A stretch of DNA of 64,000 nt, from the NCBI GenBank assembly GCA_951812315.1, contig CATOSA010000021.1:18705-82704 (forward strand), written 5' to 3'. This document shows positions 49,801-59,023 of this stretch, in pieces. The notes beneath the pieces are model-generated. The model was not told the DNA's origin, searched no databases, and saw only the letters and a list, made by a program, of their open reading frames with translations. This DNA is from an uncultured Burkholderiales bacterium. GTDB lineage: Bacteria > Pseudomonadota > Gammaproteobacteria > Burkholderiales > Eutrophovitaceae. The translations under genes and the position numbers were made by a program. How positions within the stretch are numbered: the first letter of the stretch is position 1; the number at the start of each line of letters is the position of its first letter.

Positions 49801-50655
49801 TTAACTATTCGATTCGAAGTGTTGCCGCATTCGCATAACATCCGGTGATATACCAGTGAACAACCGAAACGCCTCGGCAGCCTGAAACACCGCCATCCCC
49901 GACCCGTCCAGCGTTCGGCACCCGCGCGCCTTGGCTTCCCGAAGTAATTCAGTTTCCAGTGGAAAATAGACGATCTCGGCCACCCATAACTCCGGTCGCA
50001 GCAAACTCGCCGGCAAAGGCAATCCAGGATGGTTCGCCATGCCAGTCGGCGTCGCGTGGATAAAGCCGTCTGACTCGACAATTTCGGATTCAATTTCAGC
50101 GGCGACAACTGCTCTACTTTCTCCGAAACGTTCAACCAGTTTCGAAGCAAGCGCGCGTGCGCGTTCTGCTTTGACATCGAATATGGCAAGCCGCTCGACG
50201 CTCAGTTTCAGTGCCGCATACGCAACGGCGGCACCGGCGCCACCAGCACCGAGCTGTAACACCCGGTGCAAAGCAACATCCGGGAGACCCCTCCGGAAAC
50301 TTTCGGCAAACCCGGACCAGTCAGTGTTGTGACCGACTCGCCAGCCGTCTTTCAGCAAGACTGTGTTGACCGCCCCGATGGCCTTTGCATCGTCTGACAG
50401 ATCAGTCACTAACGGAACTACTGTTTGCTTGCACGGATGCGTAATATTCAGTCCATTGAATCCCATGCGCTCGGCCTCTGCAATCAGCTCTGGCAAGCCT
50501 TGTGCATTGAGACCGGGACTTTCCAGGGCAATCAACCTGTAGACGTAGTTCAGACCTTGCGCGGCCCCTTCGCGTTCATGCATTGCCGGCGCGCGTGACG
50601 CCTGAATGCCTGCGCCAATCAGGCCGATCAGAAAAGCGGTTCGGCGAGAACTCAT
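49801..50655 (-). CDS. Shikimate/quinate dehydrogenase family protein (AroE-like)
   Basis: LIGAGIQASRAPAMHEREG substrate-domain motif, NITHPCK, NTDWSGF, Rossmann LGAGGAGAAVAYA. Confidence 0.85.
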   Translation of the reverse strand: MSSRRTAFLIGLIGAGIQASRAPAMHEREGAAQGLNYVYRLIALESPGLNAQGLPELIAEAERMGFNGLNITHPCKQTVVPLVTDLSDDAKAIGAVNTVLLKDGWRVGHNTDWSGFAESFRRGLPDVALHRVLQLGAGGAGAAVAYAALKLSVERLAIFDVKAERARALASKLVERFGESRAVVAAEIESEIVESDGFIHATPTGMANHPGLPLPASLLRPELWVAEIVYFPLETELLREAKARGCRTLDGSGMAVFQAAEAFRLFTGISPDVMRMRQHFESNS

Positions 50656-50809
50656 GAGGGATACTCACGGAAGCGGGCAGGTATGCTCTGTCTGCCGCGA
50701 TCCCGGCATTATAGGCAAGGCGCCCTGAGGAGTTTTAGCGAGACCAGTGTCACCTCGCACGGCGAAATCCGTTGTACCCAAATTCTCGAAGGGAACTGAA
50801 TGACACTGC

Positions 50810-50831
50810 ATGTGTCTTCAAAATGTGTCTT
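50810..50831 (+). promoter_or_regulatory. Two 9-bp direct repeats (ATGTGTCTT) with 13-bp period upstream of the Spy/CpxP-like gene
   Basis: Copies at 50810-50818 and 50823-50831, lying 44 to 65 bp upstream of the GTG start. Confidence 0.35.
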
Positions 50832-50874
50832 TCAGTTTCCGCTATCCATTTAGCCCATTTCACAGGAGATCGAC

Positions 50875-51369
50875 GTGAATCGCACCAAATTACTTCGTAG
50901 CTTGCTGGTCGCGAGCATAGCCGCTGCTCCGGCTTTCGTCATTGCCGCCCACCACGGCACTCATGAGCGTCCGATGTCAGGCAACACTGGCCAACACAAT
51001 CGAATGGACCCGGTAGAGCGCGCCCGCAAGCATCTCGATCAGCTCGAACAGAAACTGCAGTTGACCGCCGATCAGCAAGCCACCTGGAATACCTATTCGG
51101 AAACTGCACTTGCGCGCGCCGCTGAGCGGGCCAAACATATGGAAGAACATCGCGCTCATCGCGGCGACCACCACGCTGATATGGATACTGCGAGCCGGCT
51201 GGAACACATGTCACAGCGGATGCGCGAGCGTGCGGACAAGCTACAACAAATGGCACAAGATACGCGCACCTTCCAGCAAGCGCTCACGCCCGAGCAGCAG
51301 ACAACCTTCGACACGGACTGGAAGTCACAATTTGGCCGGTGGAAGAAGCGCGGCCGCAACCAGCAATAG
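50875..51369 (+). CDS. Spy/CpxP-family periplasmic protein (LTxxQ motifs)
   Basis: Signal peptide, LQLTADQQ and LTPEQQ motifs, His-rich helical protein. AGGAG RBS before the GTG. Confidence 0.7.
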   Translation: MNRTKLLRSLLVASIAAAPAFVIAAHHGTHERPMSGNTGQHNRMDPVERARKHLDQLEQKLQLTADQQATWNTYSETALARAAERAKHMEEHRAHRGDHHADMDTASRLEHMSQRMRERADKLQQMAQDTRTFQQALTPEQQTTFDTDWKSQFGRWKKRGRNQQ

Positions 51370-51547
51370 TCGCCACAGTATAGGACCGCCGGCGGCAAAA
51401 TTAGCCAGCCGCTGTTCGCTACCCACGGTAAGAAGCGGGCAGCCGTTTGTGCCTAACCAATTGTGCCAAGCCAGTGTGACGCCAGCCTGGATAATCCGCG
51501 CAACATTACGGGTGACTTGTACCAGCGTCCGTTCGGCTCAAAGGCGT

Positions 51548-52606
51548 TTACTGCATTTGCCCCCGAAACAACGCACGCATCAACAATCCAGTCTGAACCA
51601 TACGGTCTAGTCTTTCGTTCGCGTCGCGCCCATCGCGCGCAATCCATCCGAGCGCAATCAGCGCGTCGTATGCAGTCTCGACGAACGCAGGCGTACCGTG
51701 TACCGGATCGGAAGCCTGCATAGTGCGCCGCGATGGTACGACTTTCTCGACACTGAACGCAGGATCAGCATCCCAGCCGGTCATCGCGATGTGGAACAGC
51801 CGCACCGCCGCCTGACGCCCCCACATGCGCCGCACCGAACCATCGACCCAGGCAACGAGCTGATCACGGGTAACGAGTTGTGTGCTCCACTGTTGCAACG
51901 CCGCGCGTTCCGCCTGCGCGACATCCAACGCCTTGCGTACGCTTGAACAGATATTGTCGAGCTGCGTCGGCAGGCGATGTACGAGACGTGATGCAAGATG
52001 GGTGACGCCACACAGGAACGCGCTCGCCGAATCCTGCAGTTGCCAGACGACCAGGAGTCTGAGCCCCCCGCCGTTCACACTGTTGTGAACAAGAACACGC
52101 AACCCCAACGGCACATTGTCGGCAAGTTCAAAGTTGAAACGTGACGGCAGGTCAACCAAAAGTGACATGCGTGCACCAAAATCAGTGAGATCGAGTTGCG
52201 TTTGCGCATGAAGCGGATCGGCCTCAGCGGCTTCCAGCGCCTTCTCGAGGTTCTGAATGACGCGGGCATGCGGCAACAGTTGATGTCGTCGCGTAACGAC
52301 GCCGACCGGCATCTCCAGCAGACCAACGCCGGGGCCTGCCCGCCGAAGTACGACATCCAGATGCGAGCTATCGTCTCGAACTCCAGCGCCTTGAACTCCA
52401 GCGGCTCGTCCGATGCTGGAGTCCTTCTGCGCCAGCGATCTGCGGTCGAACTCCGGAACGAGGGCCGCTATTTCACGCAGGTTGCCGGTGTAGTTTCGAA
52501 GATCGTTACGTGCTGACCAAGCGTCCGCTTTTGCACGCAGCTCGGGCATGCCCGAACCCAACTGTTTGTGGACACCAACCAGACCCGGATTGACGATTTC
52601 GCCCAT
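51548..52606 (-). CDS. Hypothetical protein, 352 aa, with weak DUF932-like layout
   Basis: AGGAGG RBS 5 nt upstream of the ATG. The central block RVLVHNSVNGGGLRLLVVWQLQDSASAFLCGV recalls the DUF932 core (LLxNSHDGSxAxxV...VCxN). That is a resemblance by eye only. Confidence 0.55.
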   Translation of the reverse strand: MGEIVNPGLVGVHKQLGSGMPELRAKADAWSARNDLRNYTGNLREIAALVPEFDRRSLAQKDSSIGRAAGVQGAGVRDDSSHLDVVLRRAGPGVGLLEMPVGVVTRRHQLLPHARVIQNLEKALEAAEADPLHAQTQLDLTDFGARMSLLVDLPSRFNFELADNVPLGLRVLVHNSVNGGGLRLLVVWQLQDSASAFLCGVTHLASRLVHRLPTQLDNICSSVRKALDVAQAERAALQQWSTQLVTRDQLVAWVDGSVRRMWGRQAAVRLFHIAMTGWDADPAFSVEKVVPSRRTMQASDPVHGTPAFVETAYDALIALGWIARDGRDANERLDRMVQTGLLMRALFRGQMQ

Positions 52607-52648
52607 GACTGCCTCCTTTCAGTGAGTGAAGGCAGTGTGCACCGGCTT

Positions 52649-52669
52649 GTGGCTCACTAGGTGAGCCAC
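52649..52669. promoter_or_regulatory. Perfect 9-bp palindrome with 3-bp spacer upstream of the 352-aa gene
   Basis: GTGGCTCAC TAG GTGAGCCAC, lying 43 to 63 bp upstream of the ATG at 52606. Confidence 0.4.
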
Positions 52670-52932
52670 CTCCTAGTTGATTTTTTCGCGAAAGTAATCA
52701 TGGTCTTGCCGCGGTTACCTGAACGCGTCACTGCGGCGACACCGGCTATCTGAGACAAGCGTTCGAGATATCGGCACAGCTCATAATTAGCACGATCATG
52801 CTAGTAGTTGGCATATTAGGAATGCTCGATTCTCGGGATGTAGGCATTTGTCGCGCAGACGACGCCTGATCGACACGACTGGAAGGGCTAAGCGCCTGAC
52901 TGAAAGCCCGTCCGTAACGACGAGCCGGGTAG

Positions 52933-53334
52933 CTATACCATTTCATTTTCCAGGCACGCGGCCATCAGGTTGCGCTGCCACTCTTGGCGTGACGGCCCTC
53001 GATCGGTGTTGCGCGCTTGCCAGTTCAACATGGCGTCGTAACCGAAAAAGGTAGAATTCTCGAGAAAATCGCGCTCGTCTTGAGTGTATTCTTCACTCGC
53101 CAGGATATAGATTTTGTCTGTGGCGAGACCACCGGAATGCGTCAGCATCTCGAACAGAACGCCTTTGGAAATGTACTGCACCTCGCGAGACGCACCGCGC
53201 ATGGCTTGGGTCGCACCATGCATTGCGTTGGTTACCCAGGAATTGCATCGCTCGGCTTTGTTCATCTCAGCCAGTTTCTCTCCAAACGCGGCTGTCGAAA
53301 TCATTAGTCCTAATACCATCACAAGCATTTTCAT
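52933..53334 (-). CDS. Small secreted hypothetical protein (133 aa)
   Basis: Signal peptide MKMLVMVLGLMISTAAFG. GAGGG RBS 8 nt upstream of the ATG at 53334. Confidence 0.55.
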   Translation of the reverse strand: MKMLVMVLGLMISTAAFGEKLAEMNKAERCNSWVTNAMHGATQAMRGASREVQYISKGVLFEMLTHSGGLATDKIYILASEEYTQDERDFLENSTFFGYDAMLNWQARNTDRGPSRQEWQRNLMAACLENEMV

Positions 53335-53413
53335 TTGCAGTGCCCTCGTTTTCCATGCAGACATGACAGGCATGCCGAAACGTCCCAATCGGACGGAGTA
53401 AGGGGAAGATGTT

Positions 53414-53821
53414 TCAATAATCGACGCGTGACGCTAATAGAGCGAAGCGTTCTCGTCGGCCGCTGACTTGTAACTTGCCCAGCCAAGTTTCCAGCGATCC
53501 AGTTGACAATTTTTCGCGTGATCGTTGAACGCCAGGATGAAAGCCTGCGTCATTGGTCATCGAAATAAAGGCGGCGCGCTGCACGCCGGATAGATGCGCC
53601 GTGAGGAAACGAACGGCAAATGCTTCGAAGTCGTCTGCTTCCTGGCGGGTTGCCCACCCGCAGGCGTTGGCAGTTTCGGCAAGCCAGAACAACTGCGCAA
53701 TCTCGCGCGCAGCGTCGACGTACTTGTAGTTCACGTGGCTTTGGCCGGCGTAGCCAACCGATGACAACAGGCAAGCCACAATGCCAGCCACAGTGTTGCG
53801 AAAAGAACGTTGGTAATGCAT
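53414..53821 (-). CDS. Small secreted hypothetical protein (135 aa)
   Basis: Signal peptide MHYQRSFRNTVAGIVACLLSSVGYAG. GGAGG RBS 6 nt upstream of the ATG at 53821. Confidence 0.55.
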   Translation of the reverse strand: MHYQRSFRNTVAGIVACLLSSVGYAGQSHVNYKYVDAAREIAQLFWLAETANACGWATRQEADDFEAFAVRFLTAHLSGVQRAAFISMTNDAGFHPGVQRSREKLSTGSLETWLGKLQVSGRRERFALLASRVDY

Positions 53822-54144
53822 ATGCCACCTCCATTCAAACAACCCGCACTCACAAAAGTCCGAGTCGGGAATCAGAGGCTGGCAATTCTCAGGAAGGCGA
53901 CCGAACGGTCCCACTGCGCTGTCGCGTGCTCGCTTACTCCTCGTTTAATTATTGATGTATGTCGTCACGTGCTGCGCGGCTCCGTGCTCATGGAACGCTG
54001 CCTGACTTCCTACAGCAATCTGCCAGATCATAATTGTGCGATCTCGGCGTATGTGCCAATAAACGCAAGTTTCGTGCACAAGCACTGAACAAAAAGTACC
54101 TGTAAAACAACGCCAAATTTCAGTTACACCGAAAATACTGACGC

Positions 54145-55119
54145 TCAGCGGCCATATCGTTCGGACGCAGCGGCCAGTTGCGCAGCAACGCACTCGCGCA
54201 GTTCAGGCGGTTCCAGAACCTCTACGTCAGGGCCATGTTTGAGGATATCCATCATCAGTTCCGGGTCCTGGCTGTAAGGAACTTCGAGCACATAGCGTCC
54301 GGCTTCATCAAAACTGGCGCGTTGCTGCGGGTGCCATTCTTCCGCTGCCACCCAACGTGCGCGTTGTTCAGTGAAGCGCAATCGGGCCCATTGCACCTTG
54401 TCGCCAGAGAAGATGCCATAGCCGGCACCCAGTAAGCGGTTGAGGTCTTCCGCCGCAACGTCGCTGGCATTGTCCTCCAGCACGTCCGCTCGCTCTACCG
54501 CGTCCAGGGCGAAGCTGCGCACTCCGTCGGCGACATGACACCACGCATCGAGATACCAGTTGTCGCGATAGTGAACCAGCCGCTGGGGAGAAACGTCACG
54601 GTGAGTCAGTTCGCTGCGCGCGCGAACGAAGTAATCGAGGTGCAGCCGGCGCCGGTTCATCAACGCAAAAGCCACTTGCTCGAAGTGACGAATCTTGCGG
54701 CTGCGCGAGCCCATGCGTAATACGCGAATACGCTCGCGTACTTCGTCCGCTGAGTGTTCGGTCGACTCGATCAGCGCCGACAGTCTTGCCTTCAATGGTT
54801 CCAGGCGCGCGCCGAGCAATCCGGGCTCGATTTCTTCAAGGAGGCTTTCCATTGAAAGCAGCGCAAGAATCTCGGATTCGTTCAGCCACAACCCGGGCAG
54901 TTCATAGCCCGGGGAGCCCTCCAGTTGATCACCGAATCGATATCCGCCAGCGTCACGATCCCATTCGATCGGCGCATTGAGACGATCGCGCATGTATTCG
55001 AGATCGCGCTTGAACGTCGCTCGCGAAACCGACAATTCGTCGAGAAACCGGTCAATAGTGACAGCCCTGCTCTCGCGCAGCAGGCGGTCGATTCGGTAGA
55101 AACGCTCAGTCCGGTCCAC
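54145..55119 (-). CDS. HTH-WYL domain transcriptional regulator
   Basis: N-terminal wHTH (RFYRIDRLLRESRAVTIDRFLDELSVSRATFKRDLEYMR), WYL motif YRDNWYLDAWCH and a C-terminal WCX-like extension. Confidence 0.85.
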   Translation of the reverse strand: MDRTERFYRIDRLLRESRAVTIDRFLDELSVSRATFKRDLEYMRDRLNAPIEWDRDAGGYRFGDQLEGSPGYELPGLWLNESEILALLSMESLLEEIEPGLLGARLEPLKARLSALIESTEHSADEVRERIRVLRMGSRSRKIRHFEQVAFALMNRRRLHLDYFVRARSELTHRDVSPQRLVHYRDNWYLDAWCHVADGVRSFALDAVERADVLEDNASDVAAEDLNRLLGAGYGIFSGDKVQWARLRFTEQRARWVAAEEWHPQQRASFDEAGRYVLEVPYSQDPELMMDILKHGPDVEVLEPPELRECVAAQLAAASERYGR

Positions 55120-55141
55120 GGATTAATCCGCAATAACGAAT

Positions 55142-55750
55142 TCAGCTTCCCTTCTTGCCGAAAAGCCGGCCAAGCGCATTCTTGACAACAGCCCACAGCA
55201 AGCCCAGCGCATTCAATGATTCGCCGGCAGCGGCGCCGCCCTCTTCGCCAGGCTGTTGTACTGCGTCTTCAGTTGCGCCTGTTGATTCACTCTCGGCTTC
55301 GGCGACTCTTTTCGCGAAAATCCCGGCAAACTGTTTGAGAATCTGGTCCGCAACCGGAACCATCATGCGGCCACCGAACGTGGCTGCCTTGCCACTCATC
55401 GTCACCGTACTGTTACCGACAAGATTCGATTTCCCGTCGTCTGACGGTTCGATACGGGCGGTGAGATCCATGCTCGCGCCGGAAGAACCGCTGCGATCCG
55501 TTCCTTTGCCAAGCATGCGCAATGTCATTGTCGCCGGATCAACTTCGAGCACCTCGATTGTGCCGGTGAAGGAAAGTGTGGCCGGCCCGACGCGGGCGGT
55601 TACTTCGCCTTTGTAATGGGTGTCGTCGATGCTCTCGGTGATCTTCGCACCAGGCATGCAGCCAGCAACCGACTCGATGTTTTGAAGGAAGCGCCAGGCA
55701 GCGGCAGGCGGCACCGGCATCGGGAAGGTTTTTTCAAGATTTACTTTCAT
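55142..55750 (-). CDS. CoxG-like SRPBCC protein (carbon monoxide dehydrogenase subunit G family)
   Basis: FPMPVPPAAAWRFLQNIESVAGCMPGA...YKGEVTARVGPATLSFTG...GKAATFGGRMM. Ends in an amphipathic tail LLWAVVKNALGRLFGKKGS. Confidence 0.8.
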   Translation of the reverse strand: MKVNLEKTFPMPVPPAAAWRFLQNIESVAGCMPGAKITESIDDTHYKGEVTARVGPATLSFTGTIEVLEVDPATMTLRMLGKGTDRSGSSGASMDLTARIEPSDDGKSNLVGNSTVTMSGKAATFGGRMMVPVADQILKQFAGIFAKRVAEAESESTGATEDAVQQPGEEGGAAAGESLNALGLLWAVVKNALGRLFGKKGS

Positions 55751-56053
55751 TTAACTATTTGCTCTGTGGTTTGCCGTTCGGCGCATGGATCTGATGTGCC
55801 CGGCAGCACCGGGCCTGATTGCGTCATTAAAACCGTGATGTGTGCGGACTATAACAACTTAGCAGCCGGAACACCGCGACAAATCGAGCCTTGCCGAATA
55901 TATCGCTGCTGGCTGACGAGCACCCAACCCATTGGCAGACAATGCGATAATTCCGATTACACACCGGGAAAGTCAAATGAATATCGCAACACCAGTTACC
56001 GCGCTCTGGCCGCTCGTCAACGTGCGCAAGCCTGCCCCACCGATGACGTTGTT

Positions 56054-59023
56054 GTGAACGATCTGAGGACCTCAGTCAAGCCGGATGCGTGGGTCGGGCA
56101 ACCGCTTGAGCGGCGCGAAGACGCTGCGCTGCTGACCGGTAACGGGCGCTACGCAGATGACCTCGGCACACGGCCGGGCACACTGTACGCTGCGTTCGTA
56201 CGTTCGCCGCACGCGCACGCCCGCATCAAGTCGATTGACATGACGCGCGCGCTGGCAATGGCCGGCGTTCGAACGGTACTGGTAGGCAGCGATGTTCGCG
56301 ACTGGTCCAGACCCTTTGTCGTTGGCGTAAAACAGCCTATGGAACACTGGTGCCTTGCGGTAGACAAGGTACGCTATGTCGGTGAACCGGTCGCGCTGGT
56401 CGTCGCGCAAGACCGTTACATCGCGGAAGACGCCCTTGACCTGATTGAGGTCGAATACGACCAGATTACCGCCACGGTCGATGTTGAAGCCGCCATCGGC
56501 GAGAGCGCACCACTTTTGCACGAAGCGGTGGGGTCAAACGTCGTCAGCGACCGGCAGTTTGCTTACGGCAAACCGGATGCAGGATTCGCGTCTGCGGCGC
56601 ACAGGGTAAGTCTCAAGGTGCTCTATCCACGAAATTCGTGTACGCCGATAGAAACCTATGTCGCAGTCGCGGAATTTGGCAGTGACGGCGACTATGACGT
56701 CCTGTCCAATTTCATGGGACCGTTTTCGCTGCACGCGGTCATGTCGCTCGCACTCAAGGTGCCGGCCTCCGGGCTGCGCTTGCGCATGCCGCGCGACGGC
56801 GGTGGCAGCTTTGGCGTAAAGCAGGGCGTGTTTCCCTACATCGTCGCGCTGTGCCTTGCTTCCCGAAAAGCCGGCGCGCCGGTGAAATGGGTCGAAGACC
56901 GGCTCGAGCACTTGCTGGCAGCCACATCGTCAACCGGAAGAGTGAGCGACATTGAAGCGGCCGTCGATGATGACGGACGCATCGTTGCATTGTCATACGA
57001 TCAGCTGGATGACTGCGGCGCCTACCTGCGCGCTCCGGAACCGGCAACGTTCTACCGCATGCATGGTTGCCTGACAGGTGCCTACCGCATACCTAATCTG
57101 AAAGTGCGCAATCGCGTCGTGTTGACGAACAAGACGCCGGCAGGACTGGTCCGCGGATTCGGCGGGCCGCAGGTGTACTTTGCGCTCGAGCGGCTGATGC
57201 AACGTATTGCGGTGGAACTGAATCTTGATCCTCTGGATGTCTACCGGCGCAACTTCATAAACTCATCGGACTTCCCGTATCAGGCAGCCGCGGGCGCACT
57301 CATCGATTCGGGCGACTATCATGCGGCGCTCGATCTCGCCGCCAAGCAAGGCAATCTCGAGCAGCTGCTGCGCAGGCGCGACGCCGCCCGCGCCGACGGC
57401 AGGCTTTACGGAATCGGCTTCGCCGCGATTGTCGAGCCATCGATATCGAACATGGGTTACATCACAACAGTGATGACGCGTGAAGCGCGTGCCAAAGCAG
57501 GGCCGAAAAACGGCGCGATCACCAGCGCAACTGTCAGCATTGATCTGCTCGGCGCGGTGACGGTTAACGTTGCCTCCGTGCCGCACGGTCAGGGGCATAT
57601 TACTGCACTCTCACAAGTCGTAGCAGATGTGTTCGGCCTGCGGCCAAACGACATCACAGTGGATGTTGAACTCGATACACGCAAGGACGCATGGTCGGTG
57701 GCGGAAGGCAATTACTCGAGTCGATTTGCCGGCGCTGTCGCCGGCACCGCTCATCTCGCCGCTTGCAAGTTGCGCGACAAGTTGGCAGTCATTGCTGCCG
57801 CCCAACTCGAATGCGACGCCAAAGACGTCGTATTCTCGAACGGCAACGTATTCCTGGGCCAGGCTCCGGAACAAGGGCTCAAATTCACCCGGCTTGCCAG
57901 CGGGCCGCATTGGGCACCGGCCGTATTACCCGAAGGCATGAGCCCCGGTCTGCGCGAAACGGCAATCTGGACACCACCACAACTGGAAGCTCCCGACGAA
58001 GACGACAGGATCAATACCTCCGCGGCCTACGGTTTCGCTTTCGATATTTGCGGACTTGAAATTGACAAGGACACCGGTCAGGTGCGAATCGACCGTTACG
58101 TCACAGCCCACGATGCGGGCACACTTCTCAATCCGGCGTTGGCCGACGGGCAGATACGCGGCGGCTTCGCGCAAGGTGTCGGAGCGGCATTGATGGAAGA
58201 GTTCGCATACCGTCCGGATGGTTCATTTGCATCGGGCACGTTTGCAGACTACCTGGTGCCAACGGCAGTCGAAATTCCCGAGCCAATCATTGCCCATCTG
58301 GAAACGCCGTCGCCGTTTACGCCACTGGGCGCAAAAGGCATCGGCGAAGGAAACAACATGAGTACGCCGGTGTGTATCGCCAACGCGATCGCTGACGCAC
58401 TGGGACCTGACGTCGATCCTGAAAAAATCGTCTTGCCGATGACGCCGACGAGAATGATCGAACTCATCGCACCTGCCGAAACTCCTCCGGCGGATTTCAA
58501 ACCAACGATGGCCGGCGATGGCGAACGTTTTTCCACGTCAGGGAGCATTGACATCGCCGCGCCACTGGAAGCGGTAAACCGTGTTCTGCACGATGCACGT
58601 GCGTTGGCGCGGGTCATTCCCGGATGCCGCCAACTCGAAGCGCTGGGAGATGATCGTTATGTTGGCGACGTGTCGTTATCGGTGGGACTGGTAAAAATCA
58701 GTTTCCATGTCGAGATGTCGATCGTCGACGAAGAACCGATGCAGCGAATCCGCCTGTCGGGCAAAGGTGTGGGCACGCTCGGAACCGCCGAAGGTGACGG
58801 CCGCGTCTTGCTGAGCCGAACAGACACCGGAACCCGGCTCGAATATACGTACGCGTTCACACTCACCGGGAAGATCGTCGCAGTAGGCGCACGCATGATT
58901 GAAAGCGCAACAGGTATCGTGCTGCAACAGTTGTTTCAGCGACTCGGTCGAGTTGCCAGCGGTCGGGCGCCGGCAGCCGGACTGTGGCGTTGGTTGACGC
59001 GGCTGTTTGGAAGAAAAACATGA
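56054..59023 (+). CDS. Molybdopterin-dependent hydroxylase large subunit (CoxL/XDH family) fused to a C-terminal CoxG-like domain; candidate acyl-CoA (furoyl-CoA-type) dehydrogenase
   Basis: VGQPLERREDAALLTGNGRYADD, FVRSPHAHARIKSID, GGGSFGVKQ, GFGGPQ. The last ~190 aa align with the stand-alone CoxG at 55142-55750. The GTG start at 56054 is tentative. Confidence 0.8.
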   Translation: MNDLRTSVKPDAWVGQPLERREDAALLTGNGRYADDLGTRPGTLYAAFVRSPHAHARIKSIDMTRALAMAGVRTVLVGSDVRDWSRPFVVGVKQPMEHWCLAVDKVRYVGEPVALVVAQDRYIAEDALDLIEVEYDQITATVDVEAAIGESAPLLHEAVGSNVVSDRQFAYGKPDAGFASAAHRVSLKVLYPRNSCTPIETYVAVAEFGSDGDYDVLSNFMGPFSLHAVMSLALKVPASGLRLRMPRDGGGSFGVKQGVFPYIVALCLASRKAGAPVKWVEDRLEHLLAATSSTGRVSDIEAAVDDDGRIVALSYDQLDDCGAYLRAPEPATFYRMHGCLTGAYRIPNLKVRNRVVLTNKTPAGLVRGFGGPQVYFALERLMQRIAVELNLDPLDVYRRNFINSSDFPYQAAAGALIDSGDYHAALDLAAKQGNLEQLLRRRDAARADGRLYGIGFAAIVEPSISNMGYITTVMTREARAKAGPKNGAITSATVSIDLLGAVTVNVASVPHGQGHITALSQVVADVFGLRPNDITVDVELDTRKDAWSVAEGNYSSRFAGAVAGTAHLAACKLRDKLAVIAAAQLECDAKDVVFSNGNVFLGQAPEQGLKFTRLASGPHWAPAVLPEGMSPGLRETAIWTPPQLEAPDEDDRINTSAAYGFAFDICGLEIDKDTGQVRIDRYVTAHDAGTLLNPALADGQIRGGFAQGVGAALMEEFAYRPDGSFASGTFADYLVPTAVEIPEPIIAHLETPSPFTPLGAKGIGEGNNMSTPVCIANAIADALGPDVDPEKIVLPMTPTRMIELIAPAETPPADFKPTMAGDGERFSTSGSIDIAAPLEAVNRVLHDARALARVIPGCRQLEALGDDRYVGDVSLSVGLVKISFHVEMSIVDEEPMQRIRLSGKGVGTLGTAEGDGRVLLSRTDTGTRLEYTYAFTLTGKIVAVGARMIESATGIVLQQLFQRLGRVASGRAPAAGLWRWLTRLFGRKT

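Noticed and set aside
55884-55891. Possible attR: an 8-bp match (TCGAGCCT) to the tRNA-Lys T-arm
   Set aside because: Only 8 bp match and the flanking bases diverge. That is too short to be an integration-site duplication.
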